Of a DNA stretch of 64,000 bases, positions 56,530 to 64,000 are shown one piece after another; the first letter of the stretch is position 1, and every line of letters starts with the position of its first letter. The DNA is taken from the NCBI GenBank assembly GCA_044230345.1, contig JBGARF010000017.1, forward strand, positions 24,946 through 88,945, read 5' to 3'. This DNA comes from Limisphaerales bacterium (lineage in GTDB: Bacteria; Verrucomicrobiota; Verrucomicrobiia; Limisphaerales; JADJPG01). The notes under the pieces are model-generated. The model made no database searches. It was given only the letters and a program-made list of their open reading frames with translations, and was not told the DNA's origin. The position numbers and the translations under genes are program-made.

Positions 56530-57513
56530 ATGAAGCCACGCCTGCCAGCCATCCTTGCCCTGCTTTGTTCACTGGTCCTCACGTCCGCGGCGGAACGCGC
56601 CTATACCATTGCCGTGATTCCCAAGGGAACCACCCACGAATTCTGGAAGTCCATCAATGCGGGTGCCTTCAAGGCTCGGGACGAGCTGGCCAGCCAGGGC
56701 GTCAAGGTCGACGTCATCTGGAAGGGCCCCCTGCGCGAGGACGACCGGGATCAGCAAATTCAAACGGTCGAGAACTTCACCAGCCGGCGCGTCAGCGGCA
56801 TTGTGCTGGCCCCACTCGACTCCCGCGCCTTGGTGCGCCCCGTGGCCAGCGCCGTCCGCTCCAAGATTCCCGTGGTGGTCATCGACAGTGATCTCAGCGC
56901 GGATACCTACGTGAGTTTTGTCGCGACCGACAATTACAAGGGCGGTGGCATGGCCGGCGAGGAAATGGGCCGGTTGCTGGGCGGCAAAGGCAACGTCATC
57001 CTGCTGCGCTATGCGGTGGGTTCGGCCAGCACGGAAGCGCGGGAAAAAGGTTTCCTCGACACGCTCAAGGCGAAATTCCCAGCCATCAAACTGATCTCGG
57101 CGGATCAATACGCCGGGCCCACCCGCGAAACTTCGTATCAAGCCGCCCAGAATTTATTGAACCGTTTCGGCCGCGACGTCGATGGGGTCTTTTGTCCCAA
57201 CGAGAATTCCGCGGTGGGCATGGTCAAGGCGCTGCGCGACATCGGGCGCGCCGGTGGCAAGGTGAAGATGATCGGGTTCGATGCCGGGACGCAGTTGGTG
57301 GCGGACCTGAAGTCCGGCGATGTCCAGGCCCTGGTCGTGCAGAATCCGGTCTTGATGGGATACAAAGGGGTGATGACCATGGTGGAACACTTGCAGGGAA
57401 AGCCGGTGCAAAAGCGGATCGACACAGGAGTGGTGCTGGTGACAAAGGCCAATATGGAGCAGTCCGAGGTTAAAGACCTGCTCAATCCACCCTTGGAAAA
57501 GTATCTCAAGTGA
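56530..57513 (+). CDS. sugar ABC transporter periplasmic substrate-binding protein (RbsB-like PBP type I)
   Basis: Signal peptide. IAVIPKGTTHEFWKSI, VSGIVLAPLDS and PVVVIDSDL are typical of monosaccharide-binding proteins. Confidence 0.85.
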   Translation: MKPRLPAILALLCSLVLTSAAERAYTIAVIPKGTTHEFWKSINAGAFKARDELASQGVKVDVIWKGPLREDDRDQQIQTVENFTSRRVSGIVLAPLDSRALVRPVASAVRSKIPVVVIDSDLSADTYVSFVATDNYKGGGMAGEEMGRLLGGKGNVILLRYAVGSASTEAREKGFLDTLKAKFPAIKLISADQYAGPTRETSYQAAQNLLNRFGRDVDGVFCPNENSAVGMVKALRDIGRAGGKVKMIGFDAGTQLVADLKSGDVQALVVQNPVLMGYKGVMTMVEHLQGKPVQKRIDTGVVLVTKANMEQSEVKDLLNPPLEKYLK

Positions 57514-59033
57514 CGCCGCGCCTGCAGATGCACGGGGTGCGCAAGGCGTTCGGCGCCACGCAAGCCCTGGACGGCGTCAGCTTTGAGGTCGGGGCTGGCG
57601 AGGTGCATGCCTTGATCGGTGAAAACGGCGCGGGCAAGAGCACGCTGATGAAGATCCTCAGCGGCGTGTTCCCGCCGGACGAAGGGCGAATCGAGCTGGA
57701 TGGCCGGGCCTTTGTGCCCGAGAACCCGCTCCATGCGCGACGCGGCGGCATCGCGATGATTTATCAGGAGCTGAACCTGGCGCCGCAGCTCAGCGTGGAG
57801 GAAAACATCCTGCTCGGGTCCGAGCCCGCGCGTTGGGGCTGGGTCAACCGCCGCGCTCGACGCGACCTCGCCCGGCAAGCGCTGGCCGAGTTGCACCATG
57901 AACAGATTCCAACCGAAACCCTGGTCCAAAGCCTGACCATTGCGGAACAGCAGATCGTGGAGATCGCCCGGGCGCTGGTAGGCCAGCCCCGGGTCATTAT
58001 CATGGACGAGCCGACCAGCAGCCTGACCCAGGTCGATGCGGAGAATCTTTTCGCCGTCATCGATCGGCTGCGCCGGCGTGGCGTGAGCATCGTTTACATC
58101 AGTCACTTCCTGGAGGAATGCCAGCGGGTTTGCGATGGATACACCGTCCTGCGCGACGGGCGGTCGGTGGCGGCTGGTCGCATGGCGGACGCGCGCATTC
58201 CCGACCTCATCCGACAAATGGTCGGGCGCGAGATCAGCGATGTGTACCCAAGGATTCCTCACGCTCTCGGGAACTCTGTGTTGTCGGTGCGCGGGTTGGC
58301 CGGTACCGAGAAGCCGCGCTCCGTGGATTTTGACGTTCGCGCGGGCGAGATTTTCGGAGTGGCTGGCTTGATTGGCGCAGGACGGACCGAGACACTGCGG
58401 GTGCTTTTCGGCCTCGATGAATGCGAAGCGGGCAGTGTCGCGGTGTTCGGGGCTGAGTCGACTCGGGCGACGCCGGGCGCGCGGTTGCGACAGGGAATTG
58501 GTTTGCTCAGCGAAAATCGCAAGGAGGAAGGACTGATGTTGAATCGGAGTCTGGCGGACAATCTGACCGTGACCCGGTTTGGTCCCATGTCGCAGTTCGG
58601 TTTGATTCGTCGTCGTCGACAGCTGGCCTGCACCCGGGACTGGATGAAACGCCTGGAGGTGAAGGCCCAGTCGCCGGCCCAGCTGATTGGGGAATTGTCC
58701 GGCGGCAATCAGCAAAAGATCGCCATCGGCCGGCTGCTCCACCATGACGCCCGCATTTTCCTCCTCGATGAACCGACGCGCGGCATTGACGTTGGAAGCA
58801 AAACGCAGATCTACCGTTTGATGGGCCAGTTGGCGGCTCAGGGCCGGGCGGTGGTCTTCGTCAGTTCGTATCTGCCGGAGTTGTTGGGCGTTTGCGACAC
58901 CATCGGCGTGATGCAGCGCGGCCGGATGGCGGCGGTCCGGCCGGCGGCCGAATGGACGGAACACGACATCATCACCGCGGCGGTGGGGGTGGGCGCCGCT
59001 GCCGCTGATGGCCGGGAAGGGGGACGTCTGTGA
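57510..59033 (+). CDS. sugar ABC transporter ATP-binding protein (duplicated ABC domains, RbsA/MglA-like)
   Basis: Two ATPase halves: GENGAGKST and LSGGNQQK signatures. 507 aa. 4-bp overlaps with both neighbours. Confidence 0.9.
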   Translation: MTPRLQMHGVRKAFGATQALDGVSFEVGAGEVHALIGENGAGKSTLMKILSGVFPPDEGRIELDGRAFVPENPLHARRGGIAMIYQELNLAPQLSVEENILLGSEPARWGWVNRRARRDLARQALAELHHEQIPTETLVQSLTIAEQQIVEIARALVGQPRVIIMDEPTSSLTQVDAENLFAVIDRLRRRGVSIVYISHFLEECQRVCDGYTVLRDGRSVAAGRMADARIPDLIRQMVGREISDVYPRIPHALGNSVLSVRGLAGTEKPRSVDFDVRAGEIFGVAGLIGAGRTETLRVLFGLDECEAGSVAVFGAESTRATPGARLRQGIGLLSENRKEEGLMLNRSLADNLTVTRFGPMSQFGLIRRRRQLACTRDWMKRLEVKAQSPAQLIGELSGGNQQKIAIGRLLHHDARIFLLDEPTRGIDVGSKTQIYRLMGQLAAQGRAVVFVSSYLPELLGVCDTIGVMQRGRMAAVRPAAEWTEHDIITAAVGVGAAAADGREGGRL

Positions 59034-60148
59034 GCGGGCGTGCCTCGAAAACGCCCGCGGCGTGGCGCGAATGGCTGGCGCCGTTCTTTGGGCTGGGCTT
59101 CGTGGTGACGGTCTTTGCCGCGATGCTTGGTCTGAAGGACATCAACGATCGTCGAACCGCCGGGGCTGGCGCCGACGGCGCAAATTTGTCCTGGAGCGAG
59201 GCGGCGCGGACCTGTGAGTTCGACGGGCTCAAGGCCTTTGTGCGGGTCTCGAACGTCAAGACCGTGCTGACCCAGACGGTGATTGTGGCGATTGGCGCGC
59301 TGGGCATGACCCTGGTCATTGTGAGTGCGGGCATCGATTTGAGCGCTGGATCGGTGGTGGCGTTAACCAGCGTGATCGGCGCGTCGCTGTTGGAACAACG
59401 ATGGACGGCGATGGTGGACGGTGTCTCGTTGGAGTATCGATGGACCATGACCACCGTGGTCGTGGTTACTTTATTGGCTGGGTCGGCCGTGGGATTCATC
59501 AATGGAAGCTTGATCGCGGGATTCCGGCTCATGCCGTTCATCGTCACGTTGGGCATGATGGGCATCGCGCGCGGCGCCGCGAAGTGGGTGGGGAACAATC
59601 AGACGGTCATTTATCCTCCCGAGGCTCCCATCAATTCGATCATGCAGATTGACGATCTGGATCGACTCTTCCCTTTGCCCTGGGGCGTCTGGATTGCGGT
59701 TGCGTTGGGGATAGCGTTGAGCGTTCTGATGCAGCGGACCGTGTTCGGCCGACATGTCTTTGCCATCGGCTCCAATGAAGCGACGGCGCGCCTCTGTGGA
59801 ATTCGTGTGCCCTTGCAGAAGGCCGTCATCTACGCCCTGGCTGGGTTTTTCTTTGGCTGCGCCGGACTGATGCAGATGGCACGTCTGACCCAGGGCGATC
59901 CTTCGGGGGCGGTGGGCTTGGAACTGGATATGATTGCCGCCGTGGTGATCGGCGGGGCCAGCCTCAGCGGCGGCACCGGCAGCGTGCTGGGGTCGATGGT
60001 CGGCGCGTTGGTCATTCAGGCTCTCCGCAATGGCTCGAGCATGATGGCCTGGCCCACGTTCACCCAGGAGATCATTATCGGAGCCGTCATCGTTCTGGCG
60101 GTGGGGCTGGATCAATACCGACAACGGCAGGCGAAGCTGCGCGGATGA
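59030..60148 (+). CDS. sugar ABC transporter permease (RbsC/BPD_transp_2-like)
   Basis: Polytopic. GIDLSAGSVVAL and GGASLSGGTGSVLG motifs. 372 aa. Confidence 0.88.
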   Translation: MSGRASKTPAAWREWLAPFFGLGFVVTVFAAMLGLKDINDRRTAGAGADGANLSWSEAARTCEFDGLKAFVRVSNVKTVLTQTVIVAIGALGMTLVIVSAGIDLSAGSVVALTSVIGASLLEQRWTAMVDGVSLEYRWTMTTVVVVTLLAGSAVGFINGSLIAGFRLMPFIVTLGMMGIARGAAKWVGNNQTVIYPPEAPINSIMQIDDLDRLFPLPWGVWIAVALGIALSVLMQRTVFGRHVFAIGSNEATARLCGIRVPLQKAVIYALAGFFFGCAGLMQMARLTQGDPSGAVGLELDMIAAVVIGGASLSGGTGSVLGSMVGALVIQALRNGSSMMAWPTFTQEIIIGAVIVLAVGLDQYRQRQAKLRG

Positions 60149-60392
60149 CTGGTATCTTGGATTGGTGCGATGAGCAGCGTGCGGCCTTTTGGCGGAGCGG
60201 CGTCGTTGTGCGCACGGTGCGGAGCACGTGTGCTTGGAAATTGAACGACAATTCAACTTCTGTCCGAAACAGTTCCGTGTCCCGTTGTGATGGTCCGGGG
60301 CTTTTCATCCCGTTCGCCGGGGTTACCCGTGGTTCGGGACGGCTGGCACGGAATTGCCAACCGGACGGTGACCCGGTATCCACTGAGCGCGT

Positions 60393-61133
60393 TTGAACGA
60401 GCCGACACCATTCCATCGACAGGCAGCGTTTCCGGCGACCCGCTGGAGTGTGGTTGTGCTGGCCGGGGCGACCACGCCCCAGGCGCACGACGCGCTGGCC
60501 AGTCTTTGCCGGGATTACTGGCGCCCGCTTTATTTGTTCGCTCGACGGCGCGGGCATGGGCCCGAAGATGCCCAGGATCTTACCCAGGGGTTCATCCTCG
60601 GTCTTTTGGAATCCGGGGCGTTTGCCGACGCCGATCCGAATCGCGGTCGGTTTCGTACCTTCCTGCTTTCGGCGTTTTCCCATTACCTCGCGAATGATCA
60701 CCGGGCCCAGCGGGCCCAGAAACGGGGTGGAGCGATGACGTTCGTGGATATGACCGATCCCCAGGTGGAAGCGTCCTACGCGGCCAGCCAGCAGCGTGCG
60801 CTGGGGCCCGAGCGGGAGTTTGACCGCAGCTGGGCGCTGGCGGTGCTGGAGAGCGTCATGGTCCGGCTCCGCGAGGAGTATGCAGCGGCGGGTCGAAGCG
60901 CTTTGTTCGAAGCGATTCAGCCGCTCCTTTCGGGCGCCGCGGGACGCCCCGGTTACGCCCAGATCGGTCTCACGCTGGGCTTGAGCGAGAGCGCGGTCAC
61001 GGTGGCCGTGCATCGGATGCGCAAACGGTACGGGCAATTCCTGCGGGAGGCGATCGCTTCCACCGTGTCCTCCGAGGCGGAGGTCGACGGCGAGCTCCGC
61101 CATCTCATCTCGATTCTTTCCGAAGTGCCGTAG
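60393..61133 (+). CDS. ECF-type sigma factor, paralog of 32034..32783 (kinase-associated)
   Basis: Shares (T/R)RWS/QW..VLLA, LC..YW.PLY.F.RR.G....DA.DLTQGF and RGRFR.FLL.A..(H/R)(Y/F)LA(N/D)(D/E)HR with the first sigma factor. HTH LGLSESAVTVAVHRMRKRY. A kinase gene follows 55 bp downstream. Confidence 0.85.
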   Translation: MNEPTPFHRQAAFPATRWSVVVLAGATTPQAHDALASLCRDYWRPLYLFARRRGHGPEDAQDLTQGFILGLLESGAFADADPNRGRFRTFLLSAFSHYLANDHRAQRAQKRGGAMTFVDMTDPQVEASYAASQQRALGPEREFDRSWALAVLESVMVRLREEYAAAGRSALFEAIQPLLSGAAGRPGYAQIGLTLGLSESAVTVAVHRMRKRYGQFLREAIASTVSSEAEVDGELRHLISILSEVP

Positions 61134-61188
61134 ATTCGTCGTCGATGCATGTAAGGTTCGTCCGGCATCCGGTAAGAACGTAAGCAGC

Positions 61189-64000
61189 ATGCCGTCATTG
61201 TCACCGGAACCTGGAGAGAGCTCGCCCGCGCGAAGTTGCGAGGTGTGCGGCGGGCCCATGGCTAACGTCCTGGGCGTGCAGTGCCCGCGGTGCCTGCTGA
61301 ACCTCGGCAGCACGCTCGGGTTGGCCAATGAGACGGCGGTGAGCGACACACTGCTCGATCCCTTTCAGGTCCGCACCTTCGGCGACTACGAGTTGTTGGA
61401 GGAGATCGCTCGCGGCGGCATGGGTGTGGTTTACCGGGCGCGGCAGATCAGTCTCGGGCGGGAGGTTGCCATCAAGATGATTCTCGCGGGCGAACTGGCC
61501 GGGAAAGCTTCCCTTCAGCTCTTCCAGCGCGAGGCCCACGCCGCGGCCAATCTGCACCACCCCAACATCATCCCGGTCTTCGAGATTGGAGAACACGAGA
61601 CGCAGCACTATTTCACCATGCGTTTCGTGCCTGGTGGAAAGACCATTGCCCACTGGGCCTCCGAGCAGGCGCGCGACCCCCGGGGCATCGCGACCGCGGC
61701 GGCGCAGGTCGCACGCGCGGTGGCCTACGCTCACTCGCACGGGGTGCTTCACCGTGACTTGAAGCCGTCCAACATCCTTTGGGACGCGGACTCCGGGCCC
61801 CAGGTGACGGACTTCGGGTTGGCCAAGTTCCAAGGGGCTCCTGACAGTACCATCACCCTGAGCGCGAAGGCGCTGGGCAGTCCGAGTTACATGGCGCCGG
61901 AGCAGGCCGAAGGCCGCGTGAGCGAGATCACCACGGCGACGGATGTATATGGCCTCGGTGCGGTGCTCTACGAACTTCTGGCTGGTCGTCCACCGTTCGC
62001 CGGTTCCAGCCCGATCGAAACGATGCGGCGTGCGGTCGAGCGTGAACCGGACCCCTTGCCAAGGGTGCCCAGGGATCTGCAAACCGTCTGCTTGAAATGC
62101 CTCGCGAAACAGCCGGAGCATCGTTACAGCTCCGCGGCCGCCCTGGCGGACGATTTGGAGCGTTTTGCGCGGGGCGAACCGGTCGCCGCTGTGCCCCTCA
62201 CACCCTGGCAATCCGCGTGGCGCTGGGCCTGTCGACGTCCCGGGGTGGCCTTGTTGGTCGCCGGTTGCATCATTTCGCTGGCGGCCGGGGTCGGAGGCAT
62301 CGCCTGGCAGTGGCGCACCGCCGAACGGGCGCGTCAAGGCGAGTCGCTGGCGCTGCGTCGCGCCACCGAAACCGTGGTCGACCTTTGCACCCGTTCCGGC
62401 ATCAACGCTGCGGGCGCTGATGACCCCAGCCGAGCAACCTTGTGGTTTGCCAAAGCCGCGGCAGTCACGCCCGATCCCGCACGCCAGGCTGAGGAACTGG
62501 GGCGCCAGATGGCCTGGCGCATGGGCACCTACACTTGCGTGCGCGCGTTCCCCTCGGGCATCGGGGTGGTGGACGACCTTCGCTGGAACGCGGCGCAAAC
62601 TGCGATTGCTGCACGGGTGCGCGGAGGACGGCGCAGTGCAGTCTGGGAGATCGCCGCAGAGAAGCGCTGGCAACCGCCGGGATGGGAATCGATGGAGTCA
62701 GCCACCTGGGCCCACCGCGCCTCGTGGATAGTCTACGCCAGTGGCCATCAGGTGCTCGTGGCGGATTATCCCTCCGCTCGCGAGATTGGCCGAGTCAGTG
62801 CCCGCGGGGCCGTCTCGTGTCTTGCCGTCCACCCCGACGACCAATGGATCGCAATTGGCGGGCCCGAACCATTCCTCTGGAATCTGGCATCGGGCGAACG
62901 CCGGTCTCTGCCGTCGGAGCTCGGGCTCCTGACCGGCCTGGAATTCAGCCGCAATGGGCAAAACCTCCTTCTGACCAGCAACACCGGCCGGGCGGCGTGC
63001 GCTGTTTCCGCCCCGGGGACATTTCTCGCTCCCCCGGTGGAGGCGCATCGGCTGCGCGCCCTGGGGTTCCTGGGGGACGGGGACGCCTTCGTCTCTACGA
63101 CCCGCAAGGGCCCGCTGCAGGTGTTTGAAACGGCCACCGGTCAAATTCTGGAATCGTATAAGAGCCCTCCCGAACTGAATGAGCCGGTGTGCGCGGTCAG
63201 CCCCGACGGACGTTTTATCGCCCGCCATTCGTCGCCGCTGATTCTACGTTCCGCGGGCCTGACCAATTTTCCCGTGCACAAGAATCGGTTTGAGACGGCC
63301 GATTTCAGCCCGGACGGCGAGTGGCTGGTCACCGGGAGTTCTGACAACTCGGCGCGGCTCTGGCCGCTGACTCCGAAAGGCAAGGGCAAAGGCCTGACTC
63401 TGGGCTGGCATCAGGAAGGCGTGGCCGCGGTCTCGTTTTCCCCCGATCAGCGTCATATCGCGGTCGCCCAGTGGGGTGGCGCGCTCATTCGCATCTGGCG
63501 GCCGGGAGATTCCATCCCTTACCGGCGGGTCGAGACCTCGGCAAATACGGGCGTGCGCCTTTCATCGGACGGAACGTTGTTCGTGCTCAACGGATGGAGC
63601 ATCGAGGGCCCCGGCCTTAAACGGACTCGCGTCTACCGCGCCGCCGATGGCGAGCCGGTCGGCCCCGAACTGAATCCTGGCGGGGTGATCGTCGATGCCC
63701 AGCTGGCGCCCGACGGTTCGTGGCTTGCCGTGGCCTGTTTGACGCAGCGGGAACGACGCGGGCTTCCCGGCGCCGGCGTTTTGCAATTCTGGGACTATCG
63801 CACCGGGCGGATCTTGGGCGATTCCGTGCCGCTCCCCGCGGAACCGCGTGGGCTATCGATTCATCCCTCCGGCCAATGGATCGGTCTGTACGACGCGCAA
63901 TCGCAGCTGGCGGAGGTGAACGTGGCCACGCGCGAGTTGCGAATGCTCGACGCGCAAAGCGTCGACGGCAGCCAGCGTCCGTTTGGACGTTGCGCATATA
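61189..64000 (+). CDS. Ser/Thr protein kinase with N-terminal zinc ribbon, TM helix and WD40-like beta-propeller repeats (3' partial, continues beyond the window)
   Basis: Absent from the ORF track because there is no in-window stop. Hand translation: MPSLSPEPGESSPARSCEVCGG...CPRCLLNLG, GDYELLEEIARGGMGVVYRA, VAIKMIL, HRDLKPSNILW, DFGLAK. TM helix VALLVAGCIISLAAGVGGIA. Repeats such as FSPDGEWLVTGSSDNSARLW. I read the 62101..64000 part of this frame codon by codon and found no stop. Confidence 0.88.
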   Translation, partial: MPSLSPEPGESSPARSCEVCGGPMANVLGVQCPRCLLNLGSTLGLANETAVSDTLLDPFQVRTFGDYELLEEIARGGMGVVYRARQISLGREVAIKMILAGELAGKASLQLFQREAHAAANLHHPNIIPVFEIGEHETQHYFTMRFVPGGKTIAHWASEQARDPRGIATAAAQVARAVAYAHSHGVLHRDLKPSNILWDADSGPQVTDFGLAKFQGAPDSTITLSAKALGSPSYMAPEQAEGRVSEITTATDVYGLGAVLYELLAGRPPFAGSSPIETMRRAVEREPDPLPRVPRDLQTVCLKCLAKQPEHRYSSAAALADDLERFARGEPVAAVPLTPWQSAWRWACRRPGVALLVAGCIISLAAGVGGIAWQWRTAERARQGESLALRRATETVVDLCTRSGINAAGADDPSRATLWFAKAAAVTPDPARQAEELGRQMAWRMGTYTCVRAFPSGIGVVDDLRWNAAQTAIAARVRGGRRSAVWEIAAEKRWQPPGWESMESATWAHRASWIVYASGHQVLVADYPSAREIGRVSARGAVSCLAVHPDDQWIAIGGPEPFLWNLASGERRSLPSELGLLTGLEFSRNGQNLLLTSNTGRAACAVSAPGTFLAPPVEAHRLRALGFLGDGDAFVSTTRKGPLQVFETATGQILESYKSPPELNEPVCAVSPDGRFIARHSSPLILRSAGLTNFPVHKNRFETADFSPDGEWLVTGSSDNSARLWPLTPKGKGKGLTLGWHQEGVAAVSFSPDQRHIAVAQWGGALIRIWRPGDSIPYRRVETSANTGVRLSSDGTLFVLNGWSIEGPGLKRTRVYRAADGEPVGPELNPGGVIVDAQLAPDGSWLAVACLTQRERRGLPGAGVLQFWDYRTGRILGDSVPLPAEPRGLSIHPSGQWIGLYDAQSQLAEVNVATRELRMLDAQSVDGSQRPFGRCAY

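Noticed and set aside
61201-62673. 490-aa minus-strand ORF listed in the track
   Set aside because: Arg/Pro/Gly-rich shadow frame opposite a plus-strand frame that encodes every Hanks-kinase motif. The plus-strand kinase explains the open frame.

Overview
GC-rich chromosomal segment. The gene content suggests a Verrucomicrobiota/PVC-type genome: a DUF1592/DUF1552 pair, ECF sigma plus Ser/Thr kinase pairs, and giant Ig-like, beta-helix and CotH exoproteins. This taxonomic placement is inference only. All calls come from reading the ORF translations and the DNA by eye; no database or HMM search was possible. I support about 45 protein genes. Housekeeping blocks are tdh...kbl, lnt-prs-rplY-pth-rpsF-ssb-rplI, jag-yidC-yidD-rnpA-rpmH, a sugar ABC transporter, aguA and a myo-inositol oxygenase. 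These are interleaved with five very large secreted proteins of about 1848, 636, 843, 1220 and 1953 aa. Two genes are absent from the supplied ORF track. rpmH (56191..56328, minus) is below the size cutoff. A Ser/Thr kinase with WD40-like repeats (61189..>64000, plus) runs off the window end. I found no rRNA, convincing tRNA, CRISPR array, transposase, integrase or recognisable defence-system gene. The most interesting unexplained signals are: (1) a shared ~60-aa C-terminal module ending R-[FY]-[YF]-R-x on all five giant exoproteins, a candidate uncharacterised sorting or anchoring tag; (2) a tightly packed minus-strand trio of a 12x Ig-like giant, an orphan kinase-type zinc-ribbon micro-ORF and an S74 tail-fibre-like protein; (3) several intergenic repeat families, namely a duplicated 163-bp low-GC palindromic element, a MITE-like element with 19-bp terminal inverted repeats, inverted element pairs bracketing single genes, and period-7 micro-arrays that place stop codons in all frames at gene ends; (4) two paralogous ECF sigma/kinase modules with different sensor domains.
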